The notes beneath the pieces are model-generated. The model ran no database searches, was not told where the DNA came from, and saw only the letters and a program-made list of their open reading frames with translations. Positions 8,277-16,856 of a DNA stretch of 28,622 bases are shown here, in pieces (the first letter of the stretch is position 1; the number at the start of each line of letters is the position of its first letter). The position numbers and the translations under genes are program-made. The DNA lies in IMG/VR virus record IMGVR_UViG_3300051213_000295, positions 1-28,622 of that record; one strand, given 5' to 3'. This stretch comes from a virus (Duplodnaviria; Caudoviricetes).

Positions 8277-10715
8277 GTGGCTAATGAAAGAATTGTAAGT
8301 CCTGGAGTGTTTACTAATGAGATGGACCTGTCATTCCTTCCACAAGGAATAGGTAACATTGGTGCTGCTCTTATAGGACCCACGTTAAAGGGACCTGCAT
8401 TTGTCCCAACAGTAGTTAATAGTTTTGGTGATTTCGTAACTCATTTCGGTAACACCTATGAGCAATCATATTTACCATATACAGCCAAAAACTACCTTAA
8501 CAATGCTGGTAGTGCAACGATAGTTCGTGTTCTTGGATCTGGTGGATATTCACTTAAGCATCCTATTGCAGTTGTTGCAACAGGTTCTTGGGGTAAGAAG
8601 TTGATTTCATTCTTACATCCAACATTCGTTGTGACAAATTCTGACGCAACATCTTTGTTTGAAAAATCATTGGTTGCATCAAATAACAGTGGTAGCTTCG
8701 TGATAACCGTTTCCGGTTCATTCACAACTGATGTATCATCTTTCACAAATGCTACAAGTGAAAATGGTGTTGCATTTAGTGCATCTATAAATCCAGAATC
8801 TTCTGCATATATCGGTGATTTGTACGGATATAACCCTTATGGTACTCATGCCGTATACAATTATGTAAACTTTAAGAAACAGGCATCTGCTTCTTTGGCA
8901 TCTGATGCTGCAACTACAATTTTAATAGAAACTGGCTCTGCTGGTTCTCCTTGGGATTTCACAACAGATTATTTGGCTGCTGCTACTCCTTGGATAACAT
9001 CACAAAGAGTTGGTTCAACTACAACTAATTTGTTTAAGTTCCATACACTTTCTCATGGTATTCATTCAAACTATGAAGTTAAAGTTGGTATCGCTAACAT
9101 TCGTCCTGCTGGAACAATCGCTGGTTCTGAATATGGTGACTTTGATGTTGTTGTTAGATTTGTTGATCAATCTAAACTTCCACAAACACCGTTCACATAT
9201 GAAGACGAAGATTTGCGTCCAAATGTAATCGAATCGTTTAAGTGTAACTTGGATCCAAATTCACCTAAGTTTATTTCACGAGTAATTGGTGATAGATTTA
9301 TCACTGTTACAGATGAGGGTAAAGTAGTTGTTAATGGTGATTACGCTAACAAGTCAAAATATATTCGTGTTGAAACAACAGAAGCCGTTACAAACGGTGG
9401 TGTATCACCAAATCTCGTTCCTTTTGGATTCCGTGCTTTGCAATCACCAATTCCTTCTGCATTCACACAACCAGCTGCTGCTACATTCGTATCAGACCAA
9501 ACAGCCGGTGGTGCTTACAATAGACGAGTATATTGGGGATTCAGTTATGACTTTACAAATACTGATAACTTTAACTACTTGCGTCCACTTCCAATAACAG
9601 ATAATCAGACAACTGGTTCTAACGTAGATTTCTACTTGGGTGATTATCAACAAAATCCTGGTGCAAGTTTCCCATCAAGTGCAACTGCTTATAGTTCATC
9701 TATCGATTTGACTACAAACACTGCTCTCGATTCTCGTAAGTTTATGGTGCCAATGCAAGGTGGATTTGACGGTCACAAGCCAAATCTTCAAAAGAAATTG
9801 GGTGCATACATTGAAGCTGGTAACACACAAGGATTTGATATATCAAATTCAACAGCTGATGGATATACTTCTTACAAGAAGGCACTTGATACTATTTCAA
9901 ATGCGGATGAATTCGATATTAACATGATTGCAACACCTGGTGTTGTTCACTCACTACACTCTGCAATAACAAATTATGCTAAAGATGTTTGTGAGGATCG
10001 TGGTGATTCATTCTACGTAATGGATTCAGTTGGTATAAATGATAACATTGCAACTGCTGTTGCAACAACAGAAGGATTTGACAGTAACTATGCTGCTACT
10101 TATTATCCTTGGGTTAAGATTCTTGACTTTGATAGAAACAAACCAATATGGGTTCCACCATCTGTTGTTCTTCCTGGTGTAATTGCTTTCAATGACCGTG
10201 TTTCTGCTGAATGGTTCGCGCCTGCTGGTTTGAATCGTGGTGGTTTGACAGAAGTTGTTGAAGTTAAATCCAGATTGACTCATGCAGAACGTGATACACT
10301 TTATGAGGCAAGAATCAATCCTATTGCAGTCTTCCCATCAACAGGCGTTTGTGTTTGGGGTCAGAAGACATTGCAAGGTAGACCATCTGCTCTTGACCGT
10401 ATCAATGTTCGCCGTCTCTTGATAGCTGCTAAGAAGTTTATTGCTTCTTCCACAAGATACCTTGTGTTTGAACAAAATACTTCACAAACACGCTCAAGAT
10501 TCTTGAACATCGTTACTCCATATTTGGAGTCAATTCAACAACGTCAAGGTTTGTATGCTTTCCGTGTTATCATGGATGAAAGTAACAACACACCTGATAT
10601 TATCGACCGCAACATATTGTACGGCCAGTTGTTCTTACAACCTGCCAAGACTGCTGAATTTATCATTCTTGATTTCAATGTTCAGTCTACTGGTGCTGCG
10701 TTTCCTGGTGCTTAA
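8277..10715 (+). CDS. Contractile tail sheath protein (gp18-like)
   Basis: SPGVFTNEMDLS N-terminus; YAATYYPW, WFAPAGLNRG, RINPI, WGQKTL, LDRINVRRL, FEQN, QPAKTAEFIILDF; GGAG SD. Confidence 0.97.
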   Translation: MANERIVSPGVFTNEMDLSFLPQGIGNIGAALIGPTLKGPAFVPTVVNSFGDFVTHFGNTYEQSYLPYTAKNYLNNAGSATIVRVLGSGGYSLKHPIAVVATGSWGKKLISFLHPTFVVTNSDATSLFEKSLVASNNSGSFVITVSGSFTTDVSSFTNATSENGVAFSASINPESSAYIGDLYGYNPYGTHAVYNYVNFKKQASASLASDAATTILIETGSAGSPWDFTTDYLAAATPWITSQRVGSTTTNLFKFHTLSHGIHSNYEVKVGIANIRPAGTIAGSEYGDFDVVVRFVDQSKLPQTPFTYEDEDLRPNVIESFKCNLDPNSPKFISRVIGDRFITVTDEGKVVVNGDYANKSKYIRVETTEAVTNGGVSPNLVPFGFRALQSPIPSAFTQPAAATFVSDQTAGGAYNRRVYWGFSYDFTNTDNFNYLRPLPITDNQTTGSNVDFYLGDYQQNPGASFPSSATAYSSSIDLTTNTALDSRKFMVPMQGGFDGHKPNLQKKLGAYIEAGNTQGFDISNSTADGYTSYKKALDTISNADEFDINMIATPGVVHSLHSAITNYAKDVCEDRGDSFYVMDSVGINDNIATAVATTEGFDSNYAATYYPWVKILDFDRNKPIWVPPSVVLPGVIAFNDRVSAEWFAPAGLNRGGLTEVVEVKSRLTHAERDTLYEARINPIAVFPSTGVCVWGQKTLQGRPSALDRINVRRLLIAAKKFIASSTRYLVFEQNTSQTRSRFLNIVTPYLESIQQRQGLYAFRVIMDESNNTPDIIDRNILYGQLFLQPAKTAEFIILDFNVQSTGAAFPGA

Positions 10716-10724
10716 TTGATGTAA

Positions 10725-10758
10725 GTGGGGAGTTGAAATACACTCCCCATGTTTTTTT
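10725..10758 (+). terminator. Intrinsic terminator after the sheath gene
   Basis: Stem GTGGGGAGT (10725-10733) / ACTCCCCAT (10742-10750), then G and T7. Confidence 0.85.
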
Positions 10759-10767
10759 CAAAGTTGT

Positions 10768-10775
10768 ATATTTAT
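10768..10775 (+). promoter_or_regulatory. Putative phage late promoter ATATTTAT
   Basis: Ends 31 nt before the tube ATG at 10807. Confidence 0.65.
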
Positions 10776-10806
10776 TTAAGAAGATATTTTTAATTTGGAG
10801 ATATAA

Positions 10807-11295
10807 ATGGCTGAATTACTCGATCCCAATGAAATTTTTTTCACACCGTTTGAGCCAAAATTACAGAACCGATTTATCATGTATATTGAGGGAGTTCCTG
10901 CATATTTGGTTAAAGGTGCTGGTAGACCAAACATCAGTTTCAATCCAATCACACTTGACCATATAAACGTCAAACGTAAAGTAAAGGGAAAGGGTGAATG
11001 GCAAGATATTACAATCAAATTGTATGATCCTATCGTACCTTCCGCTGCTCAGGCAACAATGGAATGGGTACGTCTTTCACACGAATCCGTAACAGGTCGT
11101 GATGGTTATTCTGACTTCTACAAGAAAGACATAACACTTCATGTTCTCGGTCCTGTTGGTGATAAAGTTGAAGAATGGACACTTAAAGGTGCTTTCATTA
11201 CTGCAACAACATTCGGTGAAATGGATTGGGCAAATGATGCTTTTGTTGAGATTTCTCTCACACTTGCATATGATTATGCTATCCTCCAATACTGA
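10807..11295 (+). CDS. Tail tube protein (gp19-like)
   Basis: FEPKLQNRF, GKGEWQDITIKLYD, YKKDITL..LGPVGDKVEEWTLKGAF, LTLAYDYA; directly follows the sheath gene. Confidence 0.95.
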   Translation: MAELLDPNEIFFTPFEPKLQNRFIMYIEGVPAYLVKGAGRPNISFNPITLDHINVKRKVKGKGEWQDITIKLYDPIVPSAAQATMEWVRLSHESVTGRDGYSDFYKKDITLHVLGPVGDKVEEWTLKGAFITATTFGEMDWANDAFVEISLTLAYDYAILQY

Positions 11296-11324
11296 TTTTG
11301 CTATCATATTGAAATTGAATTGAA

Positions 11325-11363
11325 ATACGGGTATACTGATTTTCTCGGTATACCCATATTTAT
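11325..11363 (+). terminator. Hairpin (probable terminator) whose 3' flank is the ATATTTAT motif (11356-11363)
   Basis: GGGTATACTGA-TTTTC-TCGGTATACCC followed immediately by ATATTTAT. Confidence 0.65.
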
Positions 11364-11413
11364 ATTTGTAAAATAAAACGTTTTATTACAAACAATGTTA
11401 TAGGATTTAAGTT

Positions 11414-12280
11414 ATGACAAAAATTCCAACGGGCTATAATGTAGCCAATGAAGAAGGTGTTTCTGATGCAGATATTAAAGCACAACTCCTTTCTGAACAC
11501 AAACAGACATCTGTTAAAAAATCAAATTTCCCAACAGAAATAATACCATTGCCCTCAAAAGGTCTTTTGTATCCAGAAGGACACCCTTTGGCAGAAGGTA
11601 CTATTGAAATGAAATATATGACTGCGAGAGAAGAAGACATTTTGACTTCACAGAATCTCATTAAACAAGGCGTAGTTTTAGATAAGTTGTTTGAGTCTTT
11701 GATTGTTACTCCAATCAATTATTCGGATTTGTATACCGGTGATAAAAACGCAATTATGGTTGCTGCTAGAATTTTGGGATATGGAAAGGATTATACTGTT
11801 CAAATAGATGATCCATTTTCACCAGGAAATAAACAAAAAGTTACAATAGATTTAACTGAAATAGAGCACAAGGAGGTCGATTACAGCTTGTTTCAGAACG
11901 GCAAAAACGAATTTGATTTTGAATTGCCAATATCAAAAAGAGTTGTTACATTCAGACTTATGACACACGGATTAGAAAAAGAAGTACAGAGTGAAATAAA
12001 GTCTATGAACAAAACACTTGTCAGAACTGGTATTGACAAGGAATTAACAACAAGACTCAAACACATTATTACATCGGTAGATGGTGAATCAGGTAGAGCT
12101 GCTATAAATAGTTTTGTTGATAACGAACTATTTGCTGCAGATTCAAGGGCGTTGAGGTCATATATTAAGGAAATCTCACCCGATTTGGATATGACATTCA
12201 CATTTGTTTCAGATATAACAGGTGAGGTAAAGGAGATAGATATACCTGTTGAGGTATCATTTTTTTGGCCTGGAACCTAA
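11414..12280 (+). CDS. Tail/baseplate assembly chaperone (T4 gp26-like; positional equivalent of gpG)
   Basis: LPSKGLLYP, MTAREEDILTS, GDKNAIMVAARILGYG, DSRALRSYI..ISPDLDM, C-terminal FFWP; lies between tube and tape measure. Confidence 0.8.
   Translation: MTKIPTGYNVANEEGVSDADIKAQLLSEHKQTSVKKSNFPTEIIPLPSKGLLYPEGHPLAEGTIEMKYMTAREEDILTSQNLIKQGVVLDKLFESLIVTPINYSDLYTGDKNAIMVAARILGYGKDYTVQIDDPFSPGNKQKVTIDLTEIEHKEVDYSLFQNGKNEFDFELPISKRVVTFRLMTHGLEKEVQSEIKSMNKTLVRTGIDKELTTRLKHIITSVDGESGRAAINSFVDNELFAADSRALRSYIKEISPDLDMTFTFVSDITGEVKEIDIPVEVSFFWPGT
12251..12268 (+). other. Candidate programmed frameshift signal GAGGT-ATCA-TTTTTTT-GG
   Basis: T7 at 12260-12266 reads Phe-Phe in both frames; SD-like GAGGT lies 4 nt upstream. 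Confidence 0.6.
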
Positions 12281-12503
12281 TTATAGATTGGGATTACATG
12301 AAGAAATCTTTTCTTTGTGTTATTACGGAAATGGTGGATTTACTTGGGAAGAAGTTTACAACTTGCCAGTACATTTGAGAAGATTCTACATCAATCAAGT
12401 AAAAAAGGCAGTTGATGAAAAGAATAAGGCAGAACAAGGTGAAATATCAAAAAATAAAGTTGCTATGCCAACATTCTCAAAACCACCTACGCCGAGACGA
12501 TAA
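12261..12503 (+). CDS. Second chaperone ORF (gp51/gpT-like), probably reached by frameshift from the upstream CDS
   Basis: LHEEIF.L.YYG.GGFTWEEVYNLPVHLRRFYI pattern; no in-frame ATG near the 5' end; overlaps the upstream ORF across a T7 run. Confidence 0.7.
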   Translation, partial: FFGLEPNYRLGLHEEIFSLCYYGNGGFTWEEVYNLPVHLRRFYINQVKKAVDEKNKAEQGEISKNKVAMPTFSKPPTPRR

Positions 12504-12507
12504 ATTT

Positions 12508-12549
12508 GCGGTTTACATATTTATAGGATATGTAGACCGTTTTTATTTT
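12508..12549 (+). terminator. Intrinsic terminator with embedded ATATTTAT motif (12517-12524)
   Basis: GCGGTTTACATAT-TTATAGG-ATATGTAGACCGT followed by TTTTATTTT. Confidence 0.8.
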
Positions 12550-12569
12550 ATGAGTATTCGTAGAAACAA

Positions 12570-15500
12570 GTGGCATCAAAAGAAGACGTAAAACTGGCCG
12601 CCGAACTTAAAGCCCTAACTCAACAACGAATTGATTTGGAAAAACAAATCGTTGAACAAAAGAGTAAAATGGAATCGGCGGAAAAAAAATCAATCGATAA
12701 CATAAAAAAACTAATAACATTAGAAGCACTTCGTATGGATTCCGTAGAGAAGGAAGAAGCGGTGCGCAAAAAACTTGAAAAATTTGAAAAGGAAACGGAA
12801 GACAGACAAAAAAAATCTGAAAAACATCAAAAAGAAACGGTAGATAGAAGTAAAAAAGAACAAGAACAAGCCGATAAAAAAGCTAAAAAAGAAAAAGAAA
12901 GTTTAGATCTTGCAGATAGAACTCGTGGTTTGGCAGAAGAACAAAAGAAAACATTAACAGAAACGAGTGCAAGAATTGGTATAATGAATGACAAATCCAA
13001 AAGTTATACTCAGGCACTAATAAAGGGTAATGCAGTAAATGCTGAATCAGTTGAGTATTGGAATAAAATTGGTAATTCAATAGAAAATGGGTATAATACA
13101 AGTACAGCGTTTGAATCAAATTTTTCCGATGTAAAATCTATAAGTAGTGATATATCCGGTTTATTGGGTGAATCTGTTTCACAGACAAAAGAAATAGAAA
13201 AGGGTAGTGCAAAGATAGTAGATACCGATAAAGCAAGGGAAGCCATAGCTATAAAACGATATGAAATCGAATCAAAGGGTTCTGGATTAAATGCTGCCGA
13301 TCAACAAACACTATTAAAGGGTCTTGCTTTAGAAGAAGAAAAACTCACTGCAATAGAAAATCAAAACAAGGTAATCGAAAAGCAAAATGCACAAATGGGG
13401 ATGATAAATGACATAGGTTCAAAATTAGGAACTTCTATGTCATCGTGGGTTACTAAACTTCCTGGTGGTGAACAAATAACAAAGATTCTTGGTATAGATA
13501 AAACAGCTGATAATATGAACAAATCATTTACAGCTGCAATACAAAATGGTCTTAAAGGTAATTTCAAAACTGCTTTTGCTGAGGGTGCTAAGGGTCTTGG
13601 TAGTATGGTTGCAATGGCACCGAAATTAGTTGCTGGACTTGGATTGGGTGCACTCACCGGTGGAGTTGGTTTGTTGACAAAAGGATTGAAGGGTGTGTTT
13701 AATGTACTGATGGATGCAGATGGTCAAATAGCACAGATGGGTAAAGATTTTGCATTGTCATATAAACAGGCAGGAGAACTATACAAGAACACAAATAAAA
13801 TTGCATCCGAATTGAATATGGTTGGTATAAATTCAAAAGAAGTTGCTGAGGGTATATCTGTTGCAAGTGAGGCATTTAATGGGGTCGATGTTGCATCACA
13901 AGTAATGGCTGGTAACGAAAAAATGAAAGAGTTTGTTAAACAATCTACTGTTTTAACAAAACAATTTGGTTTATCTGCTCAAGAAGTTTCAAACATAAAA
14001 GATATATCAACGATTACTGGTACATCCATGGATCAACTTGTAAAAGAAACAGTTGAAATGGGTAAGGGTACTATGAATGCAAAAGAGGCAATGAAAACAC
14101 TCGCTGGTATTCCAAAGGAAGTTGCTGTTGGTTTCAAAGGATCATCAAAAGAACTCGTTGCTGCCGCTCAGAAGGCAAAGATGCTTGGTACTGATCTTAA
14201 AAAAATAAAAGATATTGGTAGAGGTATGTTGGATTTGGAATCATCACTTACTGCAGAATTTGAAGCACAAGCACTTACTGGTAGAAGTTTGAATTTGAGT
14301 GCAGCAAGAAGATTTGCATTGGAAGGTGATACATTCAAATTACAGGAAGAGATATTAAATCAAGCTGGATCACTTGAAGATTTTTCAAACATGAATACAA
14401 TTCAGCAGGAATCATTCGCAAAGGCAATGGGTATGTCTGTTGATGAAATGACTGAGTTGCTTACAAATGCAGAAAAACTTGCAGATGCTGGTATCGATGC
14501 CGATTACGCTGAAAAATTGAACAATATGAAAGATGCTGCTGCACTTGAAGCCGAAGCTGCAAATGCACGATCAAAAGAACAAAAAGACTATATTATGTCA
14601 CTTGCTGCAGAAAAACGTTCTGCTAGTATAAAAGAAAAAATGGCAGATATACTTGAAAAAATTAAGGCAAAATTTGCACCAATAGTTGAGGCGGTTACAA
14701 ATGTAATGCATGGTATGTTTGATAGCACAAAGGGTGCATCTAAACTTGATGAAATGATAGCCGGTATAAATATAGAAGAAATAGCTGCTGGGATAAAAGA
14801 AGCATTACCTAAATTGATGGAAGCCGTTCAAACTTTAATAAAAAGACTACCACAGATAATAGAATTTGTTACTAAAATAGTTGGTGGATTTGCAGATGCA
14901 GGTGGTGCAGTCGGTGGATTGATGGGATTCATAAATCCATCAGTTGCAGGTATCGGTGCAATGGCTCTTAAAGTTGCAGGACCTGGTGGTATAGCCGCTG
15001 GTTTCAAGATTGCAGGTAAAGGTGCAATGGGATTGTTTGATATGGTAAAGGGTCCACTCGGTGACAGTATAGGTAAACTTGCCGGAGGGGTTACTGATAA
15101 ATTGGGTGGTGCTTTCGGAAAGGTCAGTGAAAAGGCAAGTGCACTTGGTTCAAAAATGAAAGATATGGCAGCCGATAAAGCCGGTGATTTGGGTGGAAAA
15201 TCCAAAAAAGCTAAAATGCCAAAAGGTGGAAAAGGCGGCGGTGGATTCATGGATGGTATAGTAGAGTCTGTCAATAAGATGGATGCTAAAAAAATGCTTA
15301 TGGGTGCAGCTGCAATACTTGTTCTTGCAGCCGCTTTGTTCGTTACTGCAAAGGCAGTTCAAGAATTTATGAAAGTAGATTGGGCAGCAATGGCTAAAGC
15401 CGGTGTTGCTTTACTCGGTCTTGCTGGAATTGCATATCTCATGGGGAAAGCCAGTACAGAAATGATTAAAGGTGCAGCTGCTATGTTAATTCTTGGTGCC

Positions 15501-16805
15501 GCTCTTTATGTAATAGGACTTGCTTTACAATTCTTTGTTGGTATAAAATGGGAAGATATGGCAAAGGCGGGCGTTGCACTTCTCGGATTGATTGCAGTTG
15601 CGGCAATTTTAGGTGCGGCGGCTCCACTATTTCTTGCAGGTGCAGCAGTTCTTGCTGTTTTATCTGGTGCCCTTCTCATATTTGGTGCGGCACTTTACGT
15701 GATTGGTGCAGCTGCTGGACAAGTTGGTCCTTTATTACAAACATTTTTTGAAGGATTAAATTCAGTAATATCAACAGTTGGTGGTGCAATAGTTGAGATA
15801 GTAAACACAATCGCTGGGGCAATATACGGATTCATAGATAGATTGTTAAAATTGGGAGAAATGGATCCCGGACAATTACTTGCAATAGCTGGTGGTATAA
15901 CTGCTCTTGCCGGTGCACTTGCTGCATTTGGTGGTGGAAGTGGAATTGGTGCTGCATTAGAGGGATTGGGTAGTTTGTTCGGTGGTGATAGTCCATTTGA
16001 CCAACTAATGACTCTTGTAAAAGAAGTTGATCCGTCTGGCTTGATGGGTATTGCAAGTGGTGTGACATTACTATCAGCCGGTCTTGGTATGATAGGTGCA
16101 AGTTTACAAACGATAGATACTACTAAACTTGATCAATTCAAGGAATCACTTGGAAACTTAATGCAAAGTTTGGGTGGTGGTGCAATCATGGAAGGTATTG
16201 GTAGTCTTCTCGGTGGTGAAAGTCCATTATCTACTATGCAAAAACTCATATCATCATTAGAACCTGAAAAACTTTCTGCTGTTGCAAAGAGTTTACTTGA
16301 AATATCAACATCATTAAAAATGCTCGCAGATACAATCGCTGGTATGGATGTAGAAAAATTAGGTCAAGTATTTGAAAAGATAAATCAATCAAGTGGTGAA
16401 TCCAAAGTTTCAAAAGTAATGGATTCAATAGTTGGTGGTATAACATCAATGTTTGGCGGTGGAGAAGAAAAAGAAGGAGAAAATAAATCTTCCGGTGGAA
16501 ATGTATCAACACCAGCGGCAACCGCAGTTTCTCCAGTTGGTATGCAGTCTGCACCATTTTCTCCAGCAATGGCAGCCGCTGCTATGGGAGGAGCCGGTGG
16601 TCAATCGGCAGGTGCCGGTGCGGGTGGTGGTGCTAATATGAGTGGGGTTGAGGCAAAACTCGATCAACTGATAAGTATAATGTCATCTGCGGCAAATCAA
16701 CCAACCGTTATTAAGTTTGGTGAAAAGTTTGTAGAAGAAATACGAACAACATTAAACATCAAAAAAACTTATCAAGCAGATAATAGTTTTGGAAGAACGG
16801 CATAA
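12570..16805 (+). CDS. Tape measure protein
   Basis: 1411 aa, Ala/Gly/Lys-rich and helical; N-terminal coiled coil; LDLESSLTAEFEAQALTGRSLNL..AR motif; hydrophobic repeats; follows the chaperone pair. Confidence 0.9.
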   Translation: MASKEDVKLAAELKALTQQRIDLEKQIVEQKSKMESAEKKSIDNIKKLITLEALRMDSVEKEEAVRKKLEKFEKETEDRQKKSEKHQKETVDRSKKEQEQADKKAKKEKESLDLADRTRGLAEEQKKTLTETSARIGIMNDKSKSYTQALIKGNAVNAESVEYWNKIGNSIENGYNTSTAFESNFSDVKSISSDISGLLGESVSQTKEIEKGSAKIVDTDKAREAIAIKRYEIESKGSGLNAADQQTLLKGLALEEEKLTAIENQNKVIEKQNAQMGMINDIGSKLGTSMSSWVTKLPGGEQITKILGIDKTADNMNKSFTAAIQNGLKGNFKTAFAEGAKGLGSMVAMAPKLVAGLGLGALTGGVGLLTKGLKGVFNVLMDADGQIAQMGKDFALSYKQAGELYKNTNKIASELNMVGINSKEVAEGISVASEAFNGVDVASQVMAGNEKMKEFVKQSTVLTKQFGLSAQEVSNIKDISTITGTSMDQLVKETVEMGKGTMNAKEAMKTLAGIPKEVAVGFKGSSKELVAAAQKAKMLGTDLKKIKDIGRGMLDLESSLTAEFEAQALTGRSLNLSAARRFALEGDTFKLQEEILNQAGSLEDFSNMNTIQQESFAKAMGMSVDEMTELLTNAEKLADAGIDADYAEKLNNMKDAAALEAEAANARSKEQKDYIMSLAAEKRSASIKEKMADILEKIKAKFAPIVEAVTNVMHGMFDSTKGASKLDEMIAGINIEEIAAGIKEALPKLMEAVQTLIKRLPQIIEFVTKIVGGFADAGGAVGGLMGFINPSVAGIGAMALKVAGPGGIAAGFKIAGKGAMGLFDMVKGPLGDSIGKLAGGVTDKLGGAFGKVSEKASALGSKMKDMAADKAGDLGGKSKKAKMPKGGKGGGGFMDGIVESVNKMDAKKMLMGAAAILVLAAALFVTAKAVQEFMKVDWAAMAKAGVALLGLAGIAYLMGKASTEMIKGAAAMLILGAALYVIGLALQFFVGIKWEDMAKAGVALLGLIAVAAILGAAAPLFLAGAAVLAVLSGALLIFGAALYVIGAAAGQVGPLLQTFFEGLNSVISTVGGAIVEIVNTIAGAIYGFIDRLLKLGEMDPGQLLAIAGGITALAGALAAFGGGSGIGAALEGLGSLFGGDSPFDQLMTLVKEVDPSGLMGIASGVTLLSAGLGMIGASLQTIDTTKLDQFKESLGNLMQSLGGGAIMEGIGSLLGGESPLSTMQKLISSLEPEKLSAVAKSLLEISTSLKMLADTIAGMDVEKLGQVFEKINQSSGESKVSKVMDSIVGGITSMFGGGEEKEGENKSSGGNVSTPAATAVSPVGMQSAPFSPAMAAAAMGGAGGQSAGAGAGGGANMSGVEAKLDQLISIMSSAANQPTVIKFGEKFVEEIRTTLNIKKTYQADNSFGRTA
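15294..15710 (+). repeat. About 2.5 copies of a 56-aa hydrophobic repeat in the tape measure
   Basis: GAAA.L.L.AAL.V...A.Q.F....W..MAKAGVALLGL starting at 15294 and 15462 (168-nt period), plus a partial third copy. Confidence 0.8.
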
Positions 16806-16822
16806 TAAAATCATATAAATGG

Positions 16823-16830
16823 ATATTTAT
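16823..16830 (+). promoter_or_regulatory. Putative phage late promoter ATATTTAT
   Basis: Ends 26 nt before ATG 16857. Confidence 0.6.
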
Positions 16831-16856
16831 TGATGTATTAACAGGAAATGTAAAAG

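Noticed and set aside
11361-11368. TATATTTG, a perfect Bacteroidota -7 box
   Set aside because: No TTTG at the expected -33 spacing, and it overlaps the late motif; probably chance in AT-rich DNA.
16814-16821. T4-type late promoter TATAAATA
   Set aside because: The sequence is TATAAATG, a single imperfect instance beside the recurrent ATATTTAT motif.
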